A stretch of 51,131 nucleotides of DNA from Reclinomonas americana ATCC 50394 (lineage: Eukaryota), in the NCBI GenBank assembly GCA_048213135.1, contig PS015133.1:138167-189297 (forward strand), written 5' to 3'. Shown piece after piece: positions 12,770 to 24,582 of this stretch. Both the position numbers and the translations under genes were made by a program. Positions within the stretch are counted from its first letter, which is position 1. Each line of letters starts with the position of its first letter. The notes under the pieces were generated by a model that saw only the letters and a program-made list of their open reading frames with translations, made no database searches and was not told the DNA's origin.

Positions 12770-12810
12770 ATGTGAATGCAGCAGCTTGCAGCACCCTCGG
12801 CTTATATAAT
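12770..12810 (-). promoter_or_regulatory. Putative TATA box and initiator of the EGF-like gene
   Basis: Minus-strand TTATATAAG at 12809-12801 lies about 100 nt upstream of the ATG, with a pyrimidine/CA initiator-like 'GCATTCAC' about 25 nt downstream. Confidence 0.5.
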
Positions 12811-13284
12811 CCGTCATGACCGCGGAATAACTCCCAATCGACGAAAAGCAAACCAAAAAGTTCGGACCTCCTCCGGCTGCCAGGTGATGCAGACGGAGGT
12901 GGTCACTAGATAGTAACGTGCTGTCGCTGCGGTGAGCGTGCAATCGCAGGTGGAGTGGTTTCCTGAGAATCTGATGCAGCAATGCATCCGGAAGATATTG
13001 TTGTATCGATATTCTTCCGGTCAGACGATCTAAGCTGCTGCAGCAGCACCGTATGCTGCCTTATCACCACCGCGAGGGAGTCCATGAAACAGATGACATA
13101 CACAGCAACATGAGATACTGCATGATCACAACGTCGCGATCGAGCTCGTTCGAATTCGCCATGCCGACCGACCGGACTTTTCCCTTCTTTTCTCACCTCT
13201 TCAAGCACACCCTCGATAGCGTGATGACGCACAAAAGCAACTCAATTGAATAGAATTGCTCTCCGTCTTCACCCGCGGGCGAGA

Positions 13285-15519
13285 ATGTTCTTCTCTCCTC
13301 TCGCGCGTGCCATCCAACGCGGCGGTGAGTAAAAGCTTTCCTCTCTCTCTCACTCACTCTCTCTCCCTCCCCTCCCCTTCTCCTCTCTCCCTCTCACTCT
13401 CGCTCACTCACTCACAGGCGGTCCACTCCTTCCCGCAAGCTGTCGTGCATCTCTCCCCGTCTCTCACGCGCCATGGTGATCGTTGTGTCTGTACGTCTCA
13501 TACATGTTCATGTGAGCAGGAGTGTGTGTGCGTGAGCGAGGGAGTTAGTGTGTGTGTGTGCGTGTGTGTGTGAATGGGTGATGAGATTGGATTGTGTAAA
13601 CTCTCCTGAGCTGTTATTTCCATCTCGCAGCCGCGCATTCAGCGCTTCGTCACAGGCGGCACTCGAGCCACTTGACATCACCTCCAGTGAGGTCACTCGC
13701 TCTAGTGAGTCACTCGACGTATTCGAGTCTGTTTCTCTTTCCATTCTCTGTTTTTTCTCATATCCCTCGACACAGACTGGATGGAGAAGCTCATCGCTGC
13801 TATGCGTCGAGCCACTCTGTGGCACATGGATCCCACCACAGATATTCGCACCAAGACCACCGACATCACCTCTGCCACCTACATTGAGCTGGAGGAAGGC
13901 ATGGATTGGCCGGGCATCGACTCGCGCGTTCTCTTTGTGCGCGACTTTTACGACCGCCTCTTCTCGACGTCAATCGGCCTCGGCGGTCTCGATCCCTCTT
14001 GCTCGCGACATAACCTCTCCAAGTTCTACATTACGGGCACTCCTGGCATGTGAGTTGCCGACTCATGTTGCATTTCCCCCCCCTTGCACCATTCTCATGT
14101 ATTCGTCGTGCAGCTCCAAGTCGGCGTTCGGTATGTACGTGCTATACCGAGCGCTGATGGCCAACAAGACGATCTTGCTCTGCCATGGCGACATTCTGAA
14201 ATACAGACCCCACTTGATCGTTGGCGAGCGCGTCTGGGCGTCGTCGACGGAGGGCGCGTTGCTGCAGGCGTATGGGCCTGTCGTCGACTTCTACCTGGCC
14301 GATGGCACCACGCCCGGCAGGTACTCTTTCAAGAGGGTCACAATGTCGCTCCTCATCACCTCGCCGTACCGCCTCCTCTGGAAAGAATTTGCCAAGCATC
14401 ACGCCATTCCTCTGTTCTTCCCGACGTACAGTGCCGAAGAGTTGGAGCTGTTGCGGCGGGTGGCCTTTGCCGAGCAGAGCCCTGAGGAGGTGGCCGAACG
14501 TCACCGCAAGTGGGGCGGGTCGGCACGCGCGGTGCTCACCAGCACTAGTACTAGCTCGGAGGAGCAGCTCGAGTTGGAGTCGGCAGGCGCTGCTTTTCTG
14601 CCTCAGGACCTTGTGCGAGCGGTGCAGCTGGCCCACAACCGTGATGATGACAGTAGTGCTACAATTTCCCTCCGTCTCGTGCATCTCATCGTCAACCGCA
14701 CGAACTTTACGCTGGAGAGTATGGACTTCGCCTCCACCTACGTGGGGATGATGCTGCTCGAGCGGTGGCGCAAGTCGAGTGACCTGGATGCCAAGTTGGT
14801 GCTGTCGCGTCTACAGGCGACGGGCACGATAGCGTCGGTCATGTACGGTCGGGTGTTTGAGGACCATGCCCATGTCGCTTTGGCTGCCGGTGGTCGCTTC
14901 GAGTGCCGCGAGTTGGTGGTCAAGGGTGGTGGCGAGGTGCCGTCGACGGAGATAGAGTTGCCGCCGAGTTGCGTTCTCTCGTACTTTGCTTTGGAGTTAG
15001 TGCGCAGCAGCCGTGCGCTAACTTGGCATCGTCGTGGGTACAGGTATCGAGAAGAAGTTTTCCACCATACAGGAGGTGGCTGCAGCGGCGAACTCTTCGA
15101 ATATCTATTGGCACCCGCAGGCCGGTGCCTTCGCTGCTGTCGACTGCATCATGCACCCAGTCGGTGACAAGCAGGTGTTTGGCAGCATGACGACCAGCAA
15201 CGCCAACCACGACATTATCGCGCTGACGGGGGACGGCAAGGACGGACTGCTGCCCCTCGTGCGCGCCCTTGGCCGTGAGGCGGATGTGGAAATCAAGTTC
15301 TACTGGGTGGTTCCGGCGCACGTGTTTGAGCGAATGCGCACTCCTGGTGACACTGTCCACAACAACAAGCGGAAGAAAGAGGAGGAGGCCGCGACCAAGC
15401 TAGAGGAGGAGCAGAAGGCCGCTGCCAAGCTGGAGGAGGAGCAGAAGGACGTTGCCAAGCTGCGAGCGCAAGTGCGGCAGTTTGTGTTGCGCATTAACGT
15501 AGATCCAACCAAGAGTTAA
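13285..15519 (+). CDS. Crinkler/RHS-type (CR) P-loop NTPase + restriction-endonuclease-fold protein with predicted mitochondrial presequence, 591 aa
   Basis: Exons 13285-13324, 13418-13475, 13631-13704, 13776-14049, 14114-14967 and 15044-15519 total 1776 nt, all in phase. Motifs: LFVRDFYDRL, Walker A ITGTPGISKS, Walker B YLADG, LLITSP, PTYSAEEL, WGGSARAVL, FASTYV, YGRVFEDHAH, YWHP...FAAVDCI, SMTTSNANHDI, FYWVVP, VRQFVLRI. Confidence 0.82.
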
Positions 15520-15986
15520 TGGCAGAATAAGAGGGAGGAAACAAATGATACAGATCGTTGTTGTTGTTGTTGCTGTTGTTGTCGATCGTTCCTTGTCGTT
15601 TGTCTGTGTGTGTGACAGAGCCTACATGTACATGTTACAGGGTACGGGCGACCCCCATCCCGCGAAAGATCTAGAAGTCCACCCCGCAATTCGCGGGACA
15701 CCACCTGCTGCTGATCGACGTCGCTGGTGGGGGCGACGGGCCTGGCCATGCATAGCGGATGAGCTCTTAATTATAAGCTTCGCAGTTTACGTTGGTAGGA
15801 GTTTCGTCTGCAAATTTATAATGCAGCCAGCATCGGACTTGGCGTGCATGTAAGCTGTCAGTTGCCACCGCCCCTTCAAGAGATCTAGAAGCGCATGAGA
15901 GACAACTGCGCTGGTTGTCGGATTTGTCGCATATGCGCGCGCGGAAAATTCACGCACCACACTTCGCATCTCACTGGCAAGAGAGA

Positions 15987-16634
15987 ATGCTCGTTCGTCG
16001 ACTGGCCTCGCTGGTGCACTCGGCAACAACGCGACCGATGCTCGCGTCATCCGCGGCACGGCACTTTGCCTCAGTCGGCGACATGTACTCGCGCGATCAG
16101 TTGCAACATGCGCATCTCTCCCCCCACCATCATCAGCATCATCGTCACCAGCATCAGCACGTGACAAGTGCCACGTGTTCCCGCGCAGTTGTTGATCTGC
16201 TCAGTCCGGCGGGAAACCTCGTGCACACGATTGGTGAGTGAGTGTGATAGAAGTGGAATGCATTCTTGGTAAGTGAGGGATTGTNNNNNNNNNNNNNNNN
16301 NNNNNNNNNNNNNNNNNNNNNNNNNNNNNNNNNNNNNNNNNNNNNNNNNNNNNNNNNNNNNNNNNNNNNNNNNNNNNNNNNNNNNNNNNNNNNNNNNNNN
16401 NNNNNNNNNNNNNNNNNNNNNNNNNNNNNNNNNNNNNNNNNNNNNNNNNNNNNNNNNNNNNNNNNNNNNNNNNNNNNNNNNNNNNNNNNNNNNNNNNNNN
16501 NNNNNNNNNNNNNNNNNNNNNNNNNNNNNNNNNNNNNNNNNNNNNNNNNNNNNNNNNNNNNNNNNNNNNNNNNNNNNNNNNNNNNNNNNNNNNNNNNNNN
16601 NNNNNNNNNNNNCCACGACTACTCGTTCTACGTC

Positions 16635-16690
<56 letters not shown>

Positions 16691-18454
16691 CTCACTGACG
16701 CATACACTGGGAAGTGGGTGATTGTGCAAGACAGTCAACAAGGCGACGAGCAACAACAGTCTCATCAGATGCTGTTCAGTCTCTCCCTCGTCTCTCTCTC
16801 TCACTTACTCTCTCTCTCTCTCTCTCTCTCCCCGTCTGACACGCTCTGAGAAAGGAATGTGCAAGCCAATCACGCAGCCCTTCTTCTTTTCCTTCTCTTC
16901 CTTCTCTTACTCTCCCCCTTTCCCCCCCTGTTGTCCACATCAGACTCGCGCTGGCTTCGCGACCACTGCCGCTGCTCCGAGTGCTTCCACCCGAAAACGC
17001 TGCAGCGACTGGTGGAGACTTTCGATGCCGTGACGCGACCTGTGGAGTGCGAACTGGGTGAATCCTTTGTGTCGTCGACCCCGGCGCTGCGCGTGACGTG
17101 GGCCGACGGGCATCGCAGCGAGTACCCGCTCGACTGGCTGCGCCAGCTGTTGCCTCCGTTCGAGGCCAGTCCGCATGCGCAGCAGTTTGCGCGACTGCTG
17201 GAGGCGGTGCAGCCGAACAACAAGGCCGCGACGTCGACCTCGTATCTGCCGTGTGCGGGCGGTGCGCCGCTGGAGACGCTCCCGGGAGCGCACGAGCAGC
17301 GATTGTGGGTGGCCGCTGATGTGGAGCAGAACCCGCCGACGGTGCGTTACGACGCGTTGATGAGTGACGAGGGCGAGCGCATGCGCTGGCTCCGACTGCT
17401 GCGCCAGTGGGGATTCACGTTTATCGAGGGCACGCCGGCCACACTCGAGGACACTCGTGAGGTTCCGTGTCTTTCTGTGAATGTGTCACTTTCCCCCATT
17501 CCTCACAGTTGCTACAGCTGTGCCTGCGTCTCATGCGTGGCGTGCTGCGTGACTCGCACTACGGAAGCTTCTTTGATGTGACCAACGACCTCAAGTTTGG
17601 CGACACGGCGTACACCAACCTTGGCCTGGGCTTGCACACCGACGGCACGTATTTTAGCGACACTCCTGGCCTGCAGTCGCTGCATGTCATTGAATTCCAG
17701 GGCACGGGTGCCTACAGCACGTTTGGTGAGTGACAATTGCACTCCCTTGTATGCGAGAAGTTGGAGTTGAATGTGCATCGCTGTTTACAAACAGCCGATG
17801 GTTTTGCTGCGGCCGAGGAACTCAAGAGAGCGGCACCGGAGCACTTTGAGGTGCTGGCCACGGTTCCGGTGAGTCCCTCGCGTTGAGTGCATTCTCTCCG
17901 CCCTTCCAGTTCTCATCAGTTGTTGCGCAGGTCCCTTGCCAATACGTCGACGAGCACCAGGTTTGCTCATTGCATGACAGTGACTGTTTGTGTCATTTTC
18001 TCATCGCTCCCCTTGCGTGCAGCACTTTTTGGTGCACGCCCCGGTTCTCTCACTGGATCCGGCCACCGGACAGCTGGTGCAGGTACTCCGCGCCCTCTCT
18101 CCCTCTTTCTCCTTTTCTCTCTCTCTCTCCCTGACTCGCGATGCACAGGTCCGCTACAACAACTACGATCGTGCTCCGCTCTACCATCCCAGCGTGGCCT
18201 CTGTGCGTCGCCTGTACACCGCCCTGAACGCCTACCACGACATTGTGACGAGCCAGAAGGCTGTGTACAAGCTTCAGCTGCTGCCAGGCAGACCCATCAT
18301 CTTTGACAATTGGCGCGTATTGCACGGACGCACCGCGTTCGAGGGACGACGGCGCTTTGTCGGCTGCTACCATCCACGCGACGATTACGTGTCGCAGGTG
18401 CGACGTGCCATGATGGGAATGTCGGCCGGCAAGTCACACGGCACTCGTCAGTGA
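15987..18454 (+). CDS. TMLHE: Trimethyllysine dioxygenase-like (TMLD/BBOX family Fe(II)/2-oxoglutarate dioxygenase; carnitine biosynthesis), mitochondrial
   Basis: Presequence MLVRRLASLVHSATTRPMLASSAARHFAS; Zn-binding WLRDHCRCSECFHPKTLQR and WADGHRSEY; HxD motif HTDGTY; VRYNNYDRA; FDNWRVLHGR. Exon 1 (15987-16233) joins 16944 in phase; about 7 exons. Confidence 0.88.
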
Positions 18455-18494
18455 TGAGGTCGAGAAGCTTCATAAACATTGGCGTTCTTGTTTT

Positions 18495-21400
18495 TTATGC
18501 AGACTTCATAATCTGAGCGATTTCCATCTTGCGAATGGTGCGCACAGGCAACCAGGAGCCGATGACGGCCACCACCAGCGACATGAAAAACACCGAGAAG
18601 AAGAGCAGTAGAGGGAAGTTGACTTGGAATGGTAGCGACAGGAAGAGGTCGAATTGGAGGGTGAGCGTGATGCCGATGATGAAGCCTAAGGGGTGGGGGG
18701 AGGTTGGGGGAGAAGGGTGAGGCAATGCCGAGAGAGAAGACTCTTTGACCCCCGACGAAAGAGCGCCACTGCTCACCAATGATAGTGCCCATCAGTACGG
18801 ATGACATGATGAGCACGAGGGCCTCGTAAATGTACACACGCGTCACTTGCGCGCGCTGTGTTGAGAGCAGTGAGATGCCAAACACATTAGCCGCACAACA
18901 CCGGCTGACGCAACACTCAAGCCGACGGCACGAAGGACGCCGAGCTCCCACAGATTCTCACGCACGTTGGCCGTGAAGGACAGCCACAGCATGAAGAAGC
19001 ACAGCACCACCGCGATAATGGCCACTGCACACAATCATGAGACCAGTAAACATCGTAGAAACGCTCACACACTTCTGGCACAAACCGAGATTGTAAAACA
19101 ACACAATCATGTCGGTGGTCTTCTTGGTGCCGTCAATCGCGTCTTGCGTGTCGCCAATGCTGTTGCAAGCGACAGAATGAGTTCAAGGATCTCACACAAA
19201 GGATGGGGCTCACGCAAAAAAAATGAGACAAGATACGCAACGTCACCAACTGGGGATCGACAAACACGCGAATGCGGTTCATGACGTCTTCACGATCGAA
19301 CTTGGTGGCACCGGGTGGCATCTTCACAACCAGACCGCGCATGCGTACCAGCGAATCAACGCTAACATTTTTATCCTGCGAGGCGTGACAGGTGAGTGTG
19401 AGAATTTACACACATTAACGGAAAAAAGCACACGCACTTCCTGCACGGCCGCGAGGGTCTCCTGAATCAGTCTCTTGTACACTGGCAGCGAAGTGAGCGT
19501 GCCCGCTTGCAGGGCGCCCAAGAAGAAGGAGGAGAAGGTTAGGATGCCTGCGATGACTGTGTCAGCCAATCGACACTCGCTGGAACAAGCCTTCAGTTTC
19601 GAATGCTCACCCGGAATCTTCTCCGCCATGCCACGCGCCTCGGCGAGCGAGTAGATCGATCGACGCCAGCTACCGTCGATCTTTTGCCCGTCCACTTGCA
19701 TCAGCAGCGGTTTCGAGGTGTCAATGGCAGTGAATTGTCGCTGTGTAACGTCGTGAGTGAGGCGCACTGTAAACAGGCGATGTCAAAGGCCACTCTACGC
19801 ACCGCAGCCTCGGTGACCACCACCGCCGCCGACGAGTGGTACTCACGCGCCAACTCTTGTTGCAGATGCGCGAGATCCGTGCCCTCATCAAAGCCGTTAA
19901 TGTAGAGTGGTGGAGCAAAGTCGCCTGCCGAAGCGCATGCGTGTGAGAACACAAATCACACAGTGGATACAAAACCACGCTCTCACTCATCTCTCAGCTC
20001 ACCTCCCACGGTCGGCACATACAAGGCCTCCACAACGTCAGGCTTGCCACCGGTGCTGTTGTACTGAATGCCCGACTGCACCTCAGAGGGCATGTAATAC
20101 TGTGGGTAGGCCACTTGCAAGAAGTTACTCTCAATGCCGTACAATCGCTGCGTGTCGCACGACAGGTCAGCGCACAATGGAGCTTCATGCAGTGGGAGGC
20201 CATTGCGGCGCAACATTCTGTAACCGAGGGAAACCGCCTAATGACGACACATAGGTGCGCCTGACGTACGGCAGCGAGTCCATCGGGAACGTGTAGACTG
20301 CCGAGAGTGATGAGCGACGAGAGACGACATATAACACAGCACATGAGATGACGCACAAGAGTAACCCAGGATGATGCCTTCCGTCTGCATGCGTTGCAAA
20401 TCCACTCGCATGGAGTCGGCGTTGAGCGACGAATCAAAGGAGCGAGCCACAGCCGTCACATCGCCACCGCCCTGCCATCTAATGTTCTCGCCGACTGCAC
20501 CGGCCATGAGCGTGAAGACGCTGCCGGCGAACACGCTGTGGGGGGAAGGGGGTGAGGGGAAAAGTGGGAAGGGGGGAGGGGGACAGGGGGAAAGGGGGAA
20601 GAAGGAGGGGGGAGNNNNNNNNNNNNNNNNNNNNNNNNNNNNNNNNNNNNNNNNNNNNNNNNNNNNNNNNNNNNNNNNNNNNNNNNNNNNNNNNNNNNNN
20701 NNNNNNNNNNNNNNNNNNNNNNNNNNNNNNNNNNNNNNNNNNNNNNNNNNNNNNNNNNNNNNNNNNNNNNTACCCGCTCACTCTCACGCTCGCTTACCCG
20801 CTCACTCTCACGCTCGCTCACTCTCACACTCACTTACCCGCTCACTCTCTCTCTCTCTCTCACACTCACAAGCTCGCATGCCTCTCACTCACAACAAGCA
20901 AGGACAGGCAAGCGATCCTTGCCAACGCAAACCAAACGCAACATGAAAGCAATGGCCACGGTGAACATGAGTGCCGTCTTGCGTGACCGCGGTCGATGGC
21001 TCGCCAGATTCTTGCAAATTAGAGTCTGCGGCAAGTGGTCAGCAAAATCCAAGGGCACCGCATCTCGCCCACGCACAGACACCTCACCTCCAAGCGGCGC
21101 TCGCGACCCCACAAGACGCCCTTGAGCAGCACACGCTCGAGTAGCGGCTGGAATGTTTGCGCAATGATACACAAGCCGAGCAGCATGCCTGCGCAATACG
21201 CGTGAGAAACGAAAAACAAGCGTCGCTCTCCACCGAGTCTCCAACGCAACCCATGAGAATGAGATTGAGAATGGTGAAGAAGATGGAGTACTTGCGGAAG
21301 GTGAACGTCAGCGGCACAATGTAGTAAACCACAAAGCCGGCGGTGACCAAGAACAGCGCCAGAATCGTCTGCAAGCAAAGGTGAGGCTACAGGTAAGGGC

Positions 21401-24400
21401 GTAGAGTTACTGTCTCGAGAGAGACGCAACTTGCCACGGTCGCAATCCCATCTCCTCCAGCTTGAGCATGCGCACGGTGGTGTCGTTGAACGACTGGTGG
21501 TAGATATCCAGCGAGTCGCGCAGCGACTTGCCGAGCGCACGCTTGATGGGCACGTAGTTGGCCACCAGCGGCATGCAGATGCCCAACACGATCGGCAACC
21601 ACACCGCAATCGGCTTGAGGTCGAGCTCCCACTTGAGCGCGGCCCAGTCGGCGAGAATCCAATTCACCAGCAGCGAGGTCACGTAGGAGGTGGCCAGACC
21701 GAGGATGATGCCGGGGATGGCCACGAAGAAGGACTGTCGGAGAAGGGGGAGAAGGGGGAGAAGGGGGAGAAGGGGGAGAAGGGGAAGGAGGGGAAGTGTG
21801 AGAGGTAACGATGGTGTCTACGTCTCTCTGTAACAACAACTCTCTGGATCACATCTGCGTCTCTGTGTCAATGCTCTCTGGGTTGCTGCTGTTTCTCTGA
21901 TTTGAGTGTAGCTACTCTCAACGTCACACTGTTTGCTGACATGCTCCTCTCCGTGTCTCACTTGTAGCTCCTCACTGTGTATCGATTGCAAGCTGTGTCC
22001 TTCATCGCTAACTTGCTCTTTCCTGCTCTAGCGTGCCCTATTCGTCTGTGCGTCGTCGACTTTCCGTCTCAGAAGCGATCGTCTCCGTATTTCGCTTGCA
22101 TGTTGGGTCCAACTGCATCGCCCATTATCTCTGTCTCGCTGACTGTCTCGTGTGACATACTCGTCTGTGCGTCGTTGACTTTTCAAATCTGCATCTCTCA
22201 GAAGCGTTCTTCTCGTGTTCTCTTCAGCTTGTCTCTGAATTCAGTTGAATCGCTGTTCTCTAAGTAGTACTGTGCCCATAATCTCTGTCTTGCTCCTCTC
22301 TCTCACACACACACTCTTTGTCAGTCACTCCGTCATCTCACCTCCGAGAAAATAAGCTGGAAGAGAGCCTTGGCGCGCAATCCGAGCGCTCGCAACATGC
22401 CATACTCGTACGTCTTCTCGTCGACCTTGCTGATGAGGAAGGTGAAGATGACGAGACTGCCGAGGGACACCAGCAGAATGACGACGCCCAACAGCAACTG
22501 TAGTAGAAGAGGAGGAGTAATGAAGTGAGCAAGCACCACTATCCATGTGTGTCACGGTCAACGCAACTTGGTCGAGGAACAACTTGAAAAAGTTTACGGC
22601 AAACATGGCCAGTGCCACGGGGAAGGACGGCGTGGCGGGATAATCGTAGCCAACGTGCTCGTACACCTCGTTCGAGAGCTGGATCATGCGCTGATCCATC
22701 TGCAGCTGCTCGGTCATGTAGCCGCTGAGGCGCTCCTTCCATTGCACCACCGATAACAGGGCGAACTCCTGTCAATGGGAGGAGCGGTGTGAGAAGGAAG
22801 TGGGGAGGGAATGGGAGAAGAGGGAGGGGAAAGAGGGAAAGAGTCAAGGTGAAGAGACGCGGAGTGAAGAGACGCAGAGTGGAAGGACGCAGCGAAGGAA
22901 GACGCACTGGGGATAGAGAAGAGAGGGGAAACGCAGAGTCTCGATTAAATTAAGGATGTCGTTTCCGCTTCTCACCTCCATGCGGAAGTTGTTAAACACC
23001 GGGTCGAGTAAACTGTTCACCGTGAGACCCAATGCCGGCAGCAGCGGGGCGAACTGCGAGTTGATGATAACGCGCTCAAAGTGCGCGCGGACGAGCGCCG
23101 GCAAGTAATGCCAATCCATGACCGCCACGTTGCCGATTGCACCCGGGTATCGATTGTATGTGTCCTCGATGCCGTTGACGACTGTGTCGATAGAGTGAGC
23201 ACGAGATAAAAACTGAAAAACCGAACAGGAATGCGAAGACACTGCGGCACAGGCATAGCTGCGGATGACAGGCGCACAAGCTGGCGCACTCGACTGTGCA
23301 CAGGGATTTCTTGCTTTCTCCTTCTCTTCTCTCTCCCTCTCTCCTCTTTGTCTCTCTCCTTCTCTCTCTCTATTTCTCTCCTTTCTATCTGTCGCTCTCT
23401 TTCTCTCTCTCTCTATTTCTCTTCTATCTTTCATGCTCGCTTTCTCCGTCCCTCTCTCTCCTTCCCCCTCTATCTCTACCCTTCCCCCCTCCACACACAC
23501 ACGCCTTTCACCGTGCCCTGCACATCCAGCAAATCCAAAAACGTGGGATAAAAGAGATCAAACAGCTGATTGTAGGTGATCTTGCGGAATTGAGGGGGAA
23601 TTCCTGCAGCACACAGGCGTGAGGAGTTAGTTGTGCAATCCGCACGCGCCACGCCAAAATTCGGCGCAACTGGAATCGGTAATATTGAGCGGCACTTGTG
23701 CATTCCAGTCGGTGATGTTGAGGAAGGACGCAATCAAGTCACGCGCCGCGGACTCGCTCGGCACTCCAGTCACACCGGCGCCAGTGGCTGCGGCGGTCAA
23801 CTGTGGACCCGCCAACCGCAGTGCAAGCTGGTCGATCGGCAACTTGAGCGTGACCTTTTGCTTCTCCTTGATGCCGACGGTGCGCAGTGCGGTGGCAGTG
23901 AGGTGCATTTCGTACTCGTCGAGCACGGGGTACGGCCATTCGCGACCGATGCGCAAGTCCTGCGAGTCGCAAAAGAGTGTGTGAGGCTTGCATGAGAGAG
24001 ATATGGGGATAGACGGCAGCCCACAATACCTCTTCGCGCGCCGTGTCCATGGGAAGCAGGAGGAGACTGATGTTGCGCATGGCGTCTCGCTGATTCAGGA
24101 CGACGGCCGGGAGCAGCCAGCGTGGGGTGGTTCCGTTCACCGGAGCCAGGCCAGTCATACTCTGTCGCATGCATGAGGAGGGGGAGAAGGGAGAAGGGAG
24201 AGATGTCCTCTGGTGTCACGCAACTCGTTCCAACTGCGTCTGGTTGAGGAAGGGTAGGGCGGTGAGGCTCGAGGTGGAGTCGGGGGTGAGCACCTGCGAT
24301 GTTTGTGAGGCGAAGGTGGGAAGAGTGGGTGGAGGAATAAGACGCAACAATGTCCAGCTCGCCGGCCGTGTTTTCGCCGAGCTTGAAGAAGATGACGGGG

Positions 24401-24427
24401 GCGCGTTCGACGGCGTTCTCAAGGACG
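18495..24427 (-). CDS. FtsX/MacB-like (DUF214, type VII) ABC transporter permease, two-repeat architecture; 5' end in or beyond gaps
   Basis: Two FtsX signatures, EKTYEYGMLRALGLR and ENLWELGVLRAVGLSRAQVTRVYIYEAL, plus multiple TM helices. About 20 introns join in frame; TAA at 18497-18495. Confidence 0.85.
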
Positions 24428-24504
24428 CTGTGGTGGGGGAAGGGAGGGTGTGAGAGGAGAAGGGAGGGGAAGGAGGGGAAGAGAGGGGAAGGAGGGAAAG
24501 AGGG

Positions 24505-24582
24505 GAGAAGGAGGGAGAAGGAGGGAGAAGGAGGGAGAAGGAGGGAGAAGGAGGGAGAAGGAGGGAGAAGGAGGGAGAAGGA
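24505..24582. repeat. Intronic 10-bp tandem repeat (GGAGGGAGAA)n; the same unit recurs at about 25636-25682
   Basis: About 7 perfect copies are visible directly. Confidence 0.9.
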
